Source of the DNA: a virus
Taxonomy: Duplodnaviria > Caudoviricetes
DNA length: 38,684 bases
Reading direction: 5' to 3' (one strand)
Virus record (IMG/VR): IMGVR_UViG_3300031965_000086
Location: 1 to 38,684 of that record
Position numbers and translations under genes: made by a program. This document shows positions 19,427-29,539 of the stretch, one piece after another. The notes under the pieces are model-generated. The model made no database searches and was not told the origin of the DNA. It was given only the letters and a program-made list of their open reading frames with translations. Each line of letters begins with the position of its first letter. Position 1 is the first letter of the stretch.

Positions 19427-21360
19427 ACGAAAATGTAATCGACATCAAAATTATAGCCAAGGATATGGCCACATCCGTTCTGAAGGGTGTTAGTACTGCG
19501 GCTAAAGGTATGACAAGCCCTTTTAAGTTAGCAGCTAGCGCCGCTAAGGGCTTATTTAGCGCTATGACCTCTTTACCTGGGATACTTGCTCAGGTTGGTG
19601 GTTTGCTCGCCTTCAAAAGCGCCGTAGACGCTGCAAGTAATCTAGAGCAGCTGACGATATCGTTTACTACGATGCTTGGGGACGCCACCGCTGCTAAAGA
19701 GCTACTAAATGATATACAACAAGCCGCGCTCAAAACCCCGTTTGAACTCCCAGAACTCGAAAAAGCTACCAAATCCCTAATAGCCTTTGGAATATCTGCA
19801 GATGATGCTGTGCCAACACTTATTAAGTTAGGTGATGTTTCTGCTGGTATAGGTGTTAGTGTTGGCGATATTGCCGAGATTTACGGTAAAGCACGTGTGC
19901 AAGGCCGCTTATTTGCAGAAGACATCAACCAGCTAACTGGTCGTGGTATTCCAATCATTGCAGAGCTTGCTGAGCAGTTCGGAGTTGCTGAAAGCGAAGT
20001 AAGAAAATTAGTAGAAGATGGTCAAGTAGGTTTTAGCAACCTAGAAAAAGCTTTTACATCTATGACGTCTGAGGGTGGGCAGTTTGCAGGACTTATGGAA
20101 TCGCAATCTCAGTCTCTAGCTGGTATTAGAAGTAATATTTCAGATACGCTAGGGGTAATGGCTAGAGACTTTGTAATCAATACAGGCATATTTGATGGCA
20201 TTAAAAACTCAGCACAAAATTTTCTAACACTACTCAGTGATAACAAAGATAGTATTATGCAGTTCGGTGAGAATGCCGTAAAAGCATTCAAAGAAGTAGG
20301 GGATACTGTTGAATCATTAATTAGCGGAGACTTTAGTGAAGGTATATTCGGTTTATCTGCAGATCACCCGGTAGTACAAGGTATTATTGAACTTAGGCGC
20401 GTTGCATTAGATCTGGCTGAAACATGGGCTGAACATGTAACTCGCAACATAGATAGAGGTAGGGAAGCTATCGGTCGAGTAACCCAGGTATTGGGGGGAT
20501 TGCTAGTTCCTATACAAGAAGCCGCACGAAATGTTTTGCCACCATTTATTGAAGCCCTGAAAACTATTTGGGATGTTATGTATAACCAGGTAGGCCCTGT
20601 GATACTAGACGTATTGGTTACTGCCTTTGAAACAGCTGAACCAATACTTAAAGTTGCTATAGACATTCTTGGTGTAATACTCCCACCAATTCTTGCAGCA
20701 CTAGGCGTTGCTTTCCAAGCGATCGGCACGGTGATTACTACGCTTTGGAACGTTGTAAAGCCAATCATGAATCTATTTAAGGGGGCTTTTGAGTTGTTCT
20801 TTGGACTAATAGAATGGGGGTGGAATAATGTAGCAAAACCAGCACTTGAAGCTATAGGTACATTTGTATTAGAACATATTTGGCCCGCAATTGAGCCAAT
20901 AGCTACATTTGTTACAAAGGTATTCGACGCTGTAAAGACAACAATAGAAGGCGCTTTCAACTGGGTCAAATACGCAGTGATTTATCCGTTCATGAACGAA
21001 GTGGATATCGCTATAGCTCAGATTAATAATCTTATAGGTAAGGCCGACGAAGCGGCTAATGCACAAAAGCGGATAAAAGATCGTGGAAACGAAGCGTATA
21101 ATGCAGCTGTAAATGCTGGTCAGATTGCAGGGCCCGTTAGGAAGTTTGCAAAGGGTGGTAGCTACATGACAAACGGTCCTGAGCTTATCATGGTAGGAGA
21201 TAATCCAGGTGGTAGAGAGCAAGTCAATGTAACACCACTAGGACCGGGTCAAGGTGGCGGTAGCGGTAGTGGGATTAATATAACAGTTAACAATAACGGC
21301 GGTGGTATGAACGAATCACAAATGGCGGCTAGATTAGCTTTTTTAATTAAGAATACATAA
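19423..21360 (+). CDS. Tape measure protein
   Basis: TPFEL...GRLFAEDINQL..RGIPI tape-measure domain, W/F-periodic helical repeats, FAKGG...GPEL..VG. Confidence 0.93.
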   Translation: MNENVIDIKIIAKDMATSVLKGVSTAAKGMTSPFKLAASAAKGLFSAMTSLPGILAQVGGLLAFKSAVDAASNLEQLTISFTTMLGDATAAKELLNDIQQAALKTPFELPELEKATKSLIAFGISADDAVPTLIKLGDVSAGIGVSVGDIAEIYGKARVQGRLFAEDINQLTGRGIPIIAELAEQFGVAESEVRKLVEDGQVGFSNLEKAFTSMTSEGGQFAGLMESQSQSLAGIRSNISDTLGVMARDFVINTGIFDGIKNSAQNFLTLLSDNKDSIMQFGENAVKAFKEVGDTVESLISGDFSEGIFGLSADHPVVQGIIELRRVALDLAETWAEHVTRNIDRGREAIGRVTQVLGGLLVPIQEAARNVLPPFIEALKTIWDVMYNQVGPVILDVLVTAFETAEPILKVAIDILGVILPPILAALGVAFQAIGTVITTLWNVVKPIMNLFKGAFELFFGLIEWGWNNVAKPALEAIGTFVLEHIWPAIEPIATFVTKVFDAVKTTIEGAFNWVKYAVIYPFMNEVDIAIAQINNLIGKADEAANAQKRIKDRGNEAYNAAVNAGQIAGPVRKFAKGGSYMTNGPELIMVGDNPGGREQVNVTPLGPGQGGGSGSGINITVNNNGGGMNESQMAARLAFLIKNT

Positions 21361-21362
21361 AT

Positions 21363-22214
21363 ATGAGCGTAAGTATTGCATACAATGGTTTAACTATGAC
21401 ATCTACAAGCCAGGAATTTACCATTACTGGCGGTGATGGATTTAACGGTATAGATAACAGGGTTTCTGAAGCCAACTTGCTTGGTAGAGACGGCGGGAGA
21501 GTATTTTCTAGAAAAGATTCAATGCGGACCTTGATAATAGAAGGTATCGTGCATGGCGCTACTCCAGACGAATTCTTTGCTAACAAAGCAAGTTTAATGG
21601 ACGCTTACAATAATAAATCTACAAGTGATCTAGTTGTTTCTGTATGGGATACAGCTGTTACTACAAGAAAAATACCGGCTAAGGTTATACAAGAACCGCT
21701 TATTCGCTACGAGGGTGGTTTTACCACACGCGCTAGGTTCCAGGTGATGCTCAGAGCAGAAGATTCCTATTGGTTAGATCAGATCAGCAGTAGTGTAACG
21801 CTTACACTAGAAGAGGTAGAAGGATTCGATCTCCCAGTAACTTTGCCCTTTGATATCATGGGTGGGAGTGGTAGTAGTCAGGCAACCATCGATAACACGG
21901 GTGAAGTAGAAATATACCCAACAATTACTATCAATGCGAGTGCGACGCTTACCAACGCAACCCTAACGAATACAACAACCAATAAATCAGCGCAGATCAA
22001 TAGAACGCTTGTAAATGGTGACGTAGTAGTTATTGCTTATGGCTCTAGTGGAGTTACCGTAACACTTAACGGAAGCACCAACATATATTCAGACCTTTTA
22101 GGAGACTTATTCTTGTTACAAACCGGCAATAATACAATTAGATTTAGCGCGTCCACTTTCGATGCAGCTTCTAATGCGGTGGTTAGTTATGCATTTGGTT
22201 ACAGAGCTTTATAA
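21363..22214 (+). CDS. Distal tail protein (Dit-like)
   Basis: RDGG, RTL, AEDSYW, N.G.V..YPTI, L..G.N.I. Confidence 0.82.
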   Translation: MSVSIAYNGLTMTSTSQEFTITGGDGFNGIDNRVSEANLLGRDGGRVFSRKDSMRTLIIEGIVHGATPDEFFANKASLMDAYNNKSTSDLVVSVWDTAVTTRKIPAKVIQEPLIRYEGGFTTRARFQVMLRAEDSYWLDQISSSVTLTLEEVEGFDLPVTLPFDIMGGSGSSQATIDNTGEVEIYPTITINASATLTNATLTNTTTNKSAQINRTLVNGDVVVIAYGSSGVTVTLNGSTNIYSDLLGDLFLLQTGNNTIRFSASTFDAASNAVVSYAFGYRAL

Positions 22215-23308
22215 TGGCAGAATATACAGTAGAAAACTATAGGATCAATCCAGCTACCGGCGAATTTACTAGGGTCGCTAGTTACATCACTATGCAGTCG
22301 TTAGAGTTTTATAAAAAAGAAAACGGCTACGGACAGCTATATATGACCTTCAATGTTAACGACCCGTCCATTAACCCGGATGACTTCAAGCTCTACCGTA
22401 ACAACTTTTTAGTTAAAAGAAATGGCGGTGCTGCGTGGCTAGGCACACTGAGCGGATATGACGTTGATATGCAGGATAACTTTGGCACTATCAATGTAGA
22501 GTCCTTTGAATATTTCTATCATTTAAATGGCAGGCAAACAGAGCAGAATTATCAGAAAACAGATGTTACAGCTAGCGCAGTTGCATGGGACCTTATTAAC
22601 ACAGCGCAAAGTAGAACCAATGGTGATCTAGGAATTACCCAGGGTGATCTTGGTACTAATATTAGTACAATCAATGAGTCATTAGAATATGCAAATGTTG
22701 GGGATGCAATCATTAACCAGAGTGATAACATAGGAGACTTTGACTTCTATTTACAGCCAGTGCTGGACACAAATGGGTTATTATCAGAGGTTAGATTTAA
22801 TGCAAGCAAGTCTTTTACCCGTACAATTATTAATAAAAAGATAACCCCAGATCAGGTATTGTCTATTAGCACATCTACAGCTAGAGAAATGTATAACACA
22901 ACAACTGGCCTTGGTGGTGGTACTGGGGATCAGGTATTTACAGTTACAGCAACTGATAGCGCCTCCCAGCTAGGGTTTACCAGGCGTGAACAGGTGCTTA
23001 AATTCGCATCTTACCGTATACCAGAAAATCTACAAAGTGCTGCCGACGAAGTTAATAATAGACTTAAAGCACAGCGTAACTTAGTAAATATTACCCTTAA
23101 CCCTGCGGGCAAGTTCACGTACTCAGATTTACAAATTGGTGATATAGTTGAAGTAGATTTTAAAACTAGCACGAGTAATGACTCAGCAGACTCTAACTAT
23201 TTCCCGTCGATACTTCAGATCCAAGGCACTGCGAAAGTTTTGGAACTTAATGTTAGGGTTGATGAAAACGGTGTTGAGTACATTACCCCAAAGCTTAAAT
23301 TTAACTAA
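22214..23308 (+). CDS. Baseplate hub/minor tail protein
   Basis: Follows Dit; RNG...W.G, RRE, GDIV. Confidence 0.72.
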   Translation: MAEYTVENYRINPATGEFTRVASYITMQSLEFYKKENGYGQLYMTFNVNDPSINPDDFKLYRNNFLVKRNGGAAWLGTLSGYDVDMQDNFGTINVESFEYFYHLNGRQTEQNYQKTDVTASAVAWDLINTAQSRTNGDLGITQGDLGTNISTINESLEYANVGDAIINQSDNIGDFDFYLQPVLDTNGLLSEVRFNASKSFTRTIINKKITPDQVLSISTSTAREMYNTTTGLGGGTGDQVFTVTATDSASQLGFTRREQVLKFASYRIPENLQSAADEVNNRLKAQRNLVNITLNPAGKFTYSDLQIGDIVEVDFKTSTSNDSADSNYFPSILQIQGTAKVLELNVRVDENGVEYITPKLKFN

Positions 23309-23309
23309 A

Positions 23310-24068
23310 ATGGACATATCATTAAACCCAGCTAATAATGAATACGCAAAGCTCGTAGGCGGCATGGATAAGCGGCTGAAGGCTTTGGAAAATACAACAC
23401 AGCAACAGCAGATAGACTGGTTCGAAATTAACGCTTCTGCTTTTGTCGATGGAACTGTGGCTGTTGGTTACAGTACAAGTATTACTATATATGAAAGCTT
23501 TGAGGCACTATTTACAGTGGGTGATAAATTCAGAATAGCTGATAGCTTGGGCGCACAGAATAACTATTATATTATAAGGGTTAGTAACGAATTTGCCTCT
23601 GCTGGGCAGTCGATAGTCTATTTAGCAACTGATAATGTTAGTAATATTATTGACAATCAAGGCGGTTACGCTATTGCCAATATTGCTAACCCCGCTGGCT
23701 TTGAGGGTGGCTTGACATATAAGGCAGAAGTTACAGATCAGAGCTTTAATGTTGTAGGTGAAGGACAAATATTTATGACTATGAGCGGCAACACTGTACT
23801 TATCAACTTTTCTAATGGAACCGATTGTGACTCATGTACAATAACAACTACCGGAACCGAAACGGGGCTTCTTGTCGAAATACCGTTAAGCAATCTAACA
23901 CTGGGAACATCTAGAACTATAAGCCTGTCTATTATAAACAGCGTACGCTCCCTGACGTGGGCAACAGGTGGGGGTGGCGTGCTAACTATAGAGCGTACAG
24001 ATGGAAGCGTTTATCCAGCATCATCTGCTAACTCTATTCGTGCAACTGCAACATTAACTATACTTTAG
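23310..24068 (+). CDS. Minor tail protein
   Basis: N-terminal RLKALE coiled coil, beta-rich; ATG at 23310. Confidence 0.62.
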   Translation: MDISLNPANNEYAKLVGGMDKRLKALENTTQQQQIDWFEINASAFVDGTVAVGYSTSITIYESFEALFTVGDKFRIADSLGAQNNYYIIRVSNEFASAGQSIVYLATDNVSNIIDNQGGYAIANIANPAGFEGGLTYKAEVTDQSFNVVGEGQIFMTMSGNTVLINFSNGTDCDSCTITTTGTETGLLVEIPLSNLTLGTSRTISLSIINSVRSLTWATGGGGVLTIERTDGSVYPASSANSIRATATLTIL

Positions 24069-24087
24069 AAATCATTAATAAATATAT

Positions 24088-25167
24088 ATGTCATTCCAAA
24101 CAATAATAAACAACGGTGAAGATTACCAAGCCGCAGACATCACAACAGCTTTTGAAGCTATGGTAGAAGAGGCGGGTGTTGCAGACGTAATAGGCGGTCA
24201 GTTAGAAGTTACTGAGAACGGCACACCAGATGATACTGTTTTGGTAGCTGCTGGTATGGGCTTAGTTGCTAATAGCGCTTACGCTGCGGGTGGTGGTAAT
24301 CAAAGATACTTTGTAGTTAGAACAACTGGTACTAGTGTTACTATTCCTGCTAATGGATCTGGCAACCCACGTGTTGATCTTATTTGTTTAAAAGTTGACA
24401 CCGGGGCTACTCCGGGTGTTAGGGGATCTGGATCATCTAGCGCAGTTGTGGTAACCGGAACTGCAGCAGCTAGCCCTACCGCGTCAGCCGTACCAAATGA
24501 TCACTTATCCCTTGCAACTGTAGCTGTGAGTAGCGGGTTTAGTACAATTACTGACAGTGATATTACAGATAGTAGAGTCCAGCTGACGCCTGCCGCTGGT
24601 CAATTACTACTGCAAAATGCGGAATATATACAAGCAGAAGATGCGGCAGGTAGTGCACATAACTTGCTTGGGGTTGACAGCTCAGACGATGTTATATTCG
24701 GAAACGCGAATTATAATGTTATACAAGTACAAAATGTTGTAAGTAATGCAGTACAATATAGAGCTAAGGGGAGAAGAACGACTACACAGGCTATACCCGA
24801 TACAACCTTTACCAGCGTCCTATTTACTGACGAAGACTATGATATAGGAGGTCTACATAGCACCTCGGTTGATACGTCTAGATTTACTATTCCCGCAGAT
24901 GGTGGGGGAACGTATGATTTAAAATCATCTGTAGCTTTAGCAAACGGAACAGGTAATAGACGTATTTTAAGATATAAGGTTAATGGTGTGGCGCAAACAG
25001 ATTTCCAAGCTGTGGCGGTACCAGTTTCGGGAAGTACTTCACAGTTCTTTGGAGCTGGAGAGTACTATCTAAATGGTGGTGACTATGTGGAGTTAGAGAT
25101 ATGGCAAAACAGCGGTGGCTCTCTAAATATCAGTGAAGCAACTCTGACTATTAGAAAATGTACATAA
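24088..25167 (+). CDS. Tail fibre/receptor-binding protein with C1q-like C-terminal domain
   Basis: NPRVDLI...V.GT...P..P....LA.V...ITD.R adaptor; C-terminal SRFTIP..G.Y...L..GDYVEL. Confidence 0.72.
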   Translation: MSFQTIINNGEDYQAADITTAFEAMVEEAGVADVIGGQLEVTENGTPDDTVLVAAGMGLVANSAYAAGGGNQRYFVVRTTGTSVTIPANGSGNPRVDLICLKVDTGATPGVRGSGSSSAVVVTGTAAASPTASAVPNDHLSLATVAVSSGFSTITDSDITDSRVQLTPAAGQLLLQNAEYIQAEDAAGSAHNLLGVDSSDDVIFGNANYNVIQVQNVVSNAVQYRAKGRRTTTQAIPDTTFTSVLFTDEDYDIGGLHSTSVDTSRFTIPADGGGTYDLKSSVALANGTGNRRILRYKVNGVAQTDFQAVAVPVSGSTSQFFGAGEYYLNGGDYVELEIWQNSGGSLNISEATLTIRKCT

Positions 25168-26070
25168 ATGTCATTCATATTCAATGTACCAAAACTTAGA
25201 GAAGTGGGAGCCTGGTTAGATTATAGATCTACCTTTAGGGGCGGATCTAACTGGTCTACGCCAGCTGTACTTTGTAAGCGCATGATTATTCACCACTCAG
25301 TTACAAACCCGCTAGGTAACGCATACAAAGAAGCTGCCTACCTGCTACAGCTCCATAACGGTATAAACAAGTGGCCTGGTATTGGTTACAACTTCATGAT
25401 CTCTACAGAAGAGGTAACACACGGCGGTAAGAAGTACGCAAAAGTAGCTTACGTAGGAGATCTTGCAACCGCTAGAGCACATACAACTAATGCGCTTGGT
25501 ATAGATAAAATACCCGCAGGGCGTGGTAATATGTACCTACTTGGTATCGTCTTTATTGGTAGATTCGATCTCGGAGCACAGCCAACTGAGGCACAACTTA
25601 GAAGTGCGCATGAGCTAGTTAAGGAACTTGTAGTAGATAATAGAGGGGTGCTGGCACCACTTAACAAGATGTCAGATATTAGGCCACACAGTAGTTATAA
25701 CAATACCGCCTGCCCGGGTGATTATAAGAAATATTTTCCATATATTATTAACGGTGTAGACAAACCCGTAGAAGAAGATATGAAACGAATAGCCGAACTA
25801 GAAAAACAACTTTCAAGCGCCGAAACAGCTCTGCAGCGAGAGCGAGATGACCTAGCGCTCATTAAAGAACAGAACGACGTTCTACGTGCTACACAGCTCG
25901 ATTTAGAGGGTACTATAGAGGATCAACAAATAGAATTGGTAGATTTAGCCAAATTAGTAGACGAACTTAAAGTAGAAGTTGCAAAGCTAACCGATAGTGC
26001 TAAAGTAGAACTACCTAAGAACGCGATTGCTAATCTATTTTATATATTATTTAAAGGTGCAAACAAATGA
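25168..26070 (+). CDS. Endolysin, N-acetylmuramoyl-L-alanine amidase (Amidase_2) with C-terminal coiled coil
   Basis: IIHHS, GIGYNF, AH, PT.AQL, H, TACPG. Confidence 0.9.
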   Translation: MSFIFNVPKLREVGAWLDYRSTFRGGSNWSTPAVLCKRMIIHHSVTNPLGNAYKEAAYLLQLHNGINKWPGIGYNFMISTEEVTHGGKKYAKVAYVGDLATARAHTTNALGIDKIPAGRGNMYLLGIVFIGRFDLGAQPTEAQLRSAHELVKELVVDNRGVLAPLNKMSDIRPHSSYNNTACPGDYKKYFPYIINGVDKPVEEDMKRIAELEKQLSSAETALQRERDDLALIKEQNDVLRATQLDLEGTIEDQQIELVDLAKLVDELKVEVAKLTDSAKVELPKNAIANLFYILFKGANK

Positions 26071-26276
26071 AAACATTAACAGAAAAGTTTGATACATTGC
26101 CTCAAGTGTTACGTGTGCTTTTGTACAACGTAACTTCAGCAATCACTGCCTTATTAGCACTAGACTTGCAAGATGGTGTGCTTAATTTTGAGCCAGCCCA
26201 ATATATTGCAGTAGTGTTTGCCGGTGTTGGAGTAACATTAACTTGGATAAGTAAGGAATATTTTAAAGACGAATAG
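26067..26276 (+). CDS. Putative holin
   Basis: Two TM segments, adjacent to the endolysin. Confidence 0.6.
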   Translation: MKTLTEKFDTLPQVLRVLLYNVTSAITALLALDLQDGVLNFEPAQYIAVVFAGVGVTLTWISKEYFKDE

Positions 26277-26342
26277 AATTATTAAAAGTTACATAAAGAT
26301 TACACCGTTATAGATTGCGTTATATATACAAGTTGATACAAT

Positions 26343-26618
26343 ATGCAAACAGAAACAAGTAAAACAGCAGACGAACAGAGGCAAGACCTCGAGACTGCGC
26401 AAATAATAGTTGGTTTATCAAAGGATGTTGAATATATCCGTAGTTCTATGGAAGAAATTAAGGCAATGATTGCCGAAATAAAAAACGGGTACGTGACAAA
26501 GACTGAACATTCATTGTTATCGGATCGTGTAAAAGCATTGGAAGCTAATCGTAATTGGATTGTTACCCTTATTGTAGGTATGGTTATCGCCGCAGTCGGA
26601 GCGTTAATATTTACGTAG
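26343..26618 (+). CDS. Coiled-coil protein with C-terminal TM (lysis accessory, putative)
   Basis: YVTK.E...RVKALE followed by a hydrophobic tail. Confidence 0.65.
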   Translation: MQTETSKTADEQRQDLETAQIIVGLSKDVEYIRSSMEEIKAMIAEIKNGYVTKTEHSLLSDRVKALEANRNWIVTLIVGMVIAAVGALIFT

Positions 26619-26994
26619 ACTTAATATATCCCTCTATTTTCTCTTTAGCATCATCAAACCCCCTTGCAACTACCGCATAATATCCAACTAGTTCCATATT
26701 TTGTAGGAACTCTTTTTGTTCTTTAGATACAACCCCACCTTTTTCTCTCTTAAGTTCTATAAACATCCCATGATAAGTACCTACCGGATAAGGTAGAAAA
26801 ATGTCGGCTATACCCTTCTTGACTCCTTCCTGCGCTAAATAATTCAGCGCTGCAAAGCGTTGTCTTGTTGATGGTAGTTTGGATAGTAATAGTTGCGCGT
26901 TAGGAATAGCAAAAGCATTCTTACACTGTGGAACGTGTGACATCCACTCGAATAGCAGTTTTTGTACTTCGTGCTCTTTAAGCATTATTTGCAT
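26611..26994 (-). CDS. VRR-NUC domain nuclease
   Basis: EH..Q, AIPN, GVKKGIAD, FIELK, S.EQ. Confidence 0.9.
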   Translation of the reverse strand: MQIMLKEHEVQKLLFEWMSHVPQCKNAFAIPNAQLLLSKLPSTRQRFAALNYLAQEGVKKGIADIFLPYPVGTYHGMFIELKREKGGVVSKEQKEFLQNMELVGYYAVVARGFDDAKEKIEGYIKST

Positions 26995-27147
26995 GTATCT
27001 TGATATAAGGTCGTAGCAGTTTCTAAAAATTCTGGATCAATACTATCATTTATTAGTGTTTGCAAATCCTGGCACAGCAGTGATTGTTCTAGTGACGTAG
27101 TGGTGCACCCAGTTAGGCACACCATACAGATTATGACTAGTATTACT

Positions 27148-27315
27148 TTAAGCAATCCCGAAAGCTTTAAGCAAGTAAATTAGGAAACCCAATACTAGAA
27201 CAATGCCAATCGCCGTTAGAATAGTTCCGCTAATTAGCATAGATGCCAGAAAATATAGTATGAATAAGATTACTCCTACGATCGCTACGTTTAATAAAGT
27301 TTGTATGCTTGGCAT
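27148..27315 (-). CDS. Small two-TM membrane protein (55 aa)
   Basis: MPSIQTLLNVAIVGVILFILYFLASMLISGTILTAIGIVLVLGFLIYLLKAFGIA*; not in the ORF track. Confidence 0.75.
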   Translation of the reverse strand: MPSIQTLLNVAIVGVILFILYFLASMLISGTILTAIGIVLVLGFLIYLLKAFGIA

Positions 27316-27354
27316 AAATGGGGAATAAGAAGTAAGTATTTTCAGTATACACTA

Positions 27355-27687
27355 TTACCTGCCCTCGTAAGGTGACGATGGTTTTGGCCCAATACCCCCA
27401 ATGGCTTGATGATTGGTGCGTGAGAAGTAAAAACCGATTACTATCCCGGTAGTTAAATTTATGAACTGCAAGCAAATAGAGATCAAAGCTAGTTGGTTTA
27501 CGGTGATCTCTTTATCTAAGAAGATTACCACAATGATTACTAAAGCGTTGGTTAGTATACCTATTATCACAACGAACAAGGCTATGCGTGCTTGAGTATT
27601 TTCCCATACCAAACTTATAGCTCGTTGTCCTGCAGTTGTGAGATCTTGCTGAGCGGTAGTATTTGGGGCTAGTGATTCTTGAGCCAT
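27355..27687 (-). CDS. Two-TM membrane protein
   Basis: Start MAQESL after the terminator; two hydrophobic helices, GFYFSR. Confidence 0.75.
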   Translation of the reverse strand: MAQESLAPNTTAQQDLTTAGQRAISLVWENTQARIALFVVIIGILTNALVIIVVIFLDKEITVNQLALISICLQFINLTTGIVIGFYFSRTNHQAIGGIGPKPSSPYEGR

Positions 27688-27706
27688 AAGACAGTCTAGC
27701 AGAAAC

Positions 27707-27732
27707 AAAAAACCAGCTTCCGGGGAAACTGG
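27707..27732 (-). terminator. Intrinsic terminator
   Basis: CCAGTTTC-CCCG-GAAGCTGG-TTTTTT. Confidence 0.75.
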
Positions 27733-27761
27733 CCTCTTATTTTTCAATTTAAGTATACCAT

Positions 27762-28211
27762 TTACAGCTGAGGCCAAACAGCCCATTGTTTTAAAAGCCC
27801 CCTGCGTATATCTTTAAGTCCGCATCTTAGTTGTTGATTACTACTCCAAATATTATTCCCGCAACCATGCGCAGTCCAGGTAGATTCTAAAAACTGCAGT
27901 AAACCACTAGCACTAGACGCTGGGTTTTTAGCTGTGGGATTAAAGCGGGATTCTAGTCGAGCGATACCAGCTAGTAACTGCTGTTCAGAACAGCTCGCAC
28001 CTATGCTTGCAAGCTCGTATCTTAACCACATGGGCACATCACTAGGCAGAGAACACAAGGGTACTTCACGGGGTTCTAGGCTCGATTTATAGGTATATTC
28101 TGCAAACACCCGCGGCTCAGGTGGCATGCTATTTGCACCGTGATTTGTAACCGCTTGTTGTGGTGCTAAAAGTACTAGTAGTACGATTAGCGGCAGTATC
28201 CAGTATTTAAT
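27762..28211 (-). CDS. SLT-family lytic transglycosylase with probable N-terminal signal/anchor
   Basis: IARLESRFNP.A.N..SSASGLLQF..STW; the frame extends 28 codons upstream of ATG 28127, start uncertain. Confidence 0.85.
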   Translation of the reverse strand: MKYWILPLIVLLVLLAPQQAVTNHGANSMPPEPRVFAEYTYKSSLEPREVPLCSLPSDVPMWLRYELASIGASCSEQQLLAGIARLESRFNPTAKNPASSASGLLQFLESTWTAHGCGNNIWSSNQQLRCGLKDIRRGLLKQWAVWPQL

Positions 28212-28326
28212 ACCGGTAAATTAAAAAATTAAGTTAAGTAATATAAATCAGTTAAGCAAACCAAACAGCAATATGAACGGCGCAACGAGCATAATAAATA
28301 ATATTTTTAGTATTCGATCCAGGTTA

Positions 28327-29505
28327 TTAGAATCCATGGTTAGCAGATTCTACAATATTAGTGCCAAGTTTAGACCACCCAGCACCATTGCTTGTAAATA
28401 TACTGCCAGTAACGGTTATATAGCTGGCTTGCGTGGCTATGTAACCAGCACCCGAGTTAGCGCCATCTGCCATCACACTAGATAAGCTTACCCGATCTCC
28501 AATGATCTTATATCCGTAGCCTCCTGAATTCCTACTAGATACATTTACTAATGATACTAAATTCGCTGGTTCGTCTACTACGAAACCGTGGCTTGTGGTC
28601 TCCCTTACATTAATATTGGTAACTAAAACATGCGATGCACCAATCTGTACACCATATAGTGTCCCCCACACATAACCATTAGACACTTGCGCGTAGGAAC
28701 CTGGTATAGAAACGCCTATGGTTGCACTTTCGTCAATACCTTCAACATAGAAGTTAGTAGCACTTGAACCATGGGCACCTTGTCCTACAGATGTAACACC
28801 CGTCTGTCTAAAACGAATTCCTACCGCACCATCTCGTAACCCAGTGATCTGCGCGCCATTCACTACTGCAATTCCCCTGATATCTATGCCCGCAGTGTCT
28901 GGATTGTGGCAAGTAAAATTGGTAATAAATATATATCTATTAAGGTTATCTGGGTTTTTTAGATCAAAGCAATCACCAGCTATATCGCGTACTTCTGTAT
29001 TATTAATGTACAGATTCTGGTTGGTGCCATCCGCGAAGGCTATTCCGTAATTAACTTGTTCAAGATATACATTATCTATTACAAGACCATTTACATCTGT
29101 GCCTCTAATACCATGACCGCCAGTTGTCGAGTCTCCAATAATGGCTAGGTCTCTAATTTCTGTATTCACTACATCGTAAATTCCAATTGGGTGCACAATA
29201 GCGCTATTAGCTTTTTTAAGTATTGTACTGCGGCCTTGACCTTCCAAAACATTATTGTCATTAAACAGCAAGCCATGAACAGTTCCAATGGCAGCATCTA
29301 TAATGCAAATACCTTCGGGCAATATAACCTTCTTAGCGGCGTCAAGCGCTGATTGAATAGCGGCTCTATCATCTGTAGTACCGTCACACACTACGCCATA
29401 AGTTGTGGCGTCTACTTCAGCCAACACTTCACTAGGGCGTGCTAGTAAACTTCCCATAACAAAAGAGCCGGCTATCAGGACTACGGCTAATATTTTCTTA
29501 AACAT
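28327..29505 (-). CDS. Right-handed beta-helix glycan-active protein (pectate-lyase-3/GH28-like) with signal peptide
   Basis: MFKKILAVVLIAG... signal peptide, YG...DGTTDD.AAIQ.A.D, LEGQG.STILK, beta-helix repeats. Confidence 0.85.
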   Translation of the reverse strand: MFKKILAVVLIAGSFVMGSLLARPSEVLAEVDATTYGVVCDGTTDDRAAIQSALDAAKKVILPEGICIIDAAIGTVHGLLFNDNNVLEGQGRSTILKKANSAIVHPIGIYDVVNTEIRDLAIIGDSTTGGHGIRGTDVNGLVIDNVYLEQVNYGIAFADGTNQNLYINNTEVRDIAGDCFDLKNPDNLNRYIFITNFTCHNPDTAGIDIRGIAVVNGAQITGLRDGAVGIRFRQTGVTSVGQGAHGSSATNFYVEGIDESATIGVSIPGSYAQVSNGYVWGTLYGVQIGASHVLVTNINVRETTSHGFVVDEPANLVSLVNVSSRNSGGYGYKIIGDRVSLSSVMADGANSGAGYIATQASYITVTGSIFTSNGAGWSKLGTNIVESANHGF

Positions 29506-29539
29506 ATCTTTGGTGTAATAATTTAAATAGTTATATGAA

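Noticed and set aside
3983-25667. Numerous antisense ORFs in the track (e.g. 20364-20969, 12252-12641, 13382-13756)
   Set aside because: Shadow frames of well-supported genes, with no motifs or expression signals
26985-27155. Possible lipoprotein/spanin (…CLTGC…) on the minus strand
   Set aside because: Two short competing frames, weak starts, and opposite orientation to the lysis cassette
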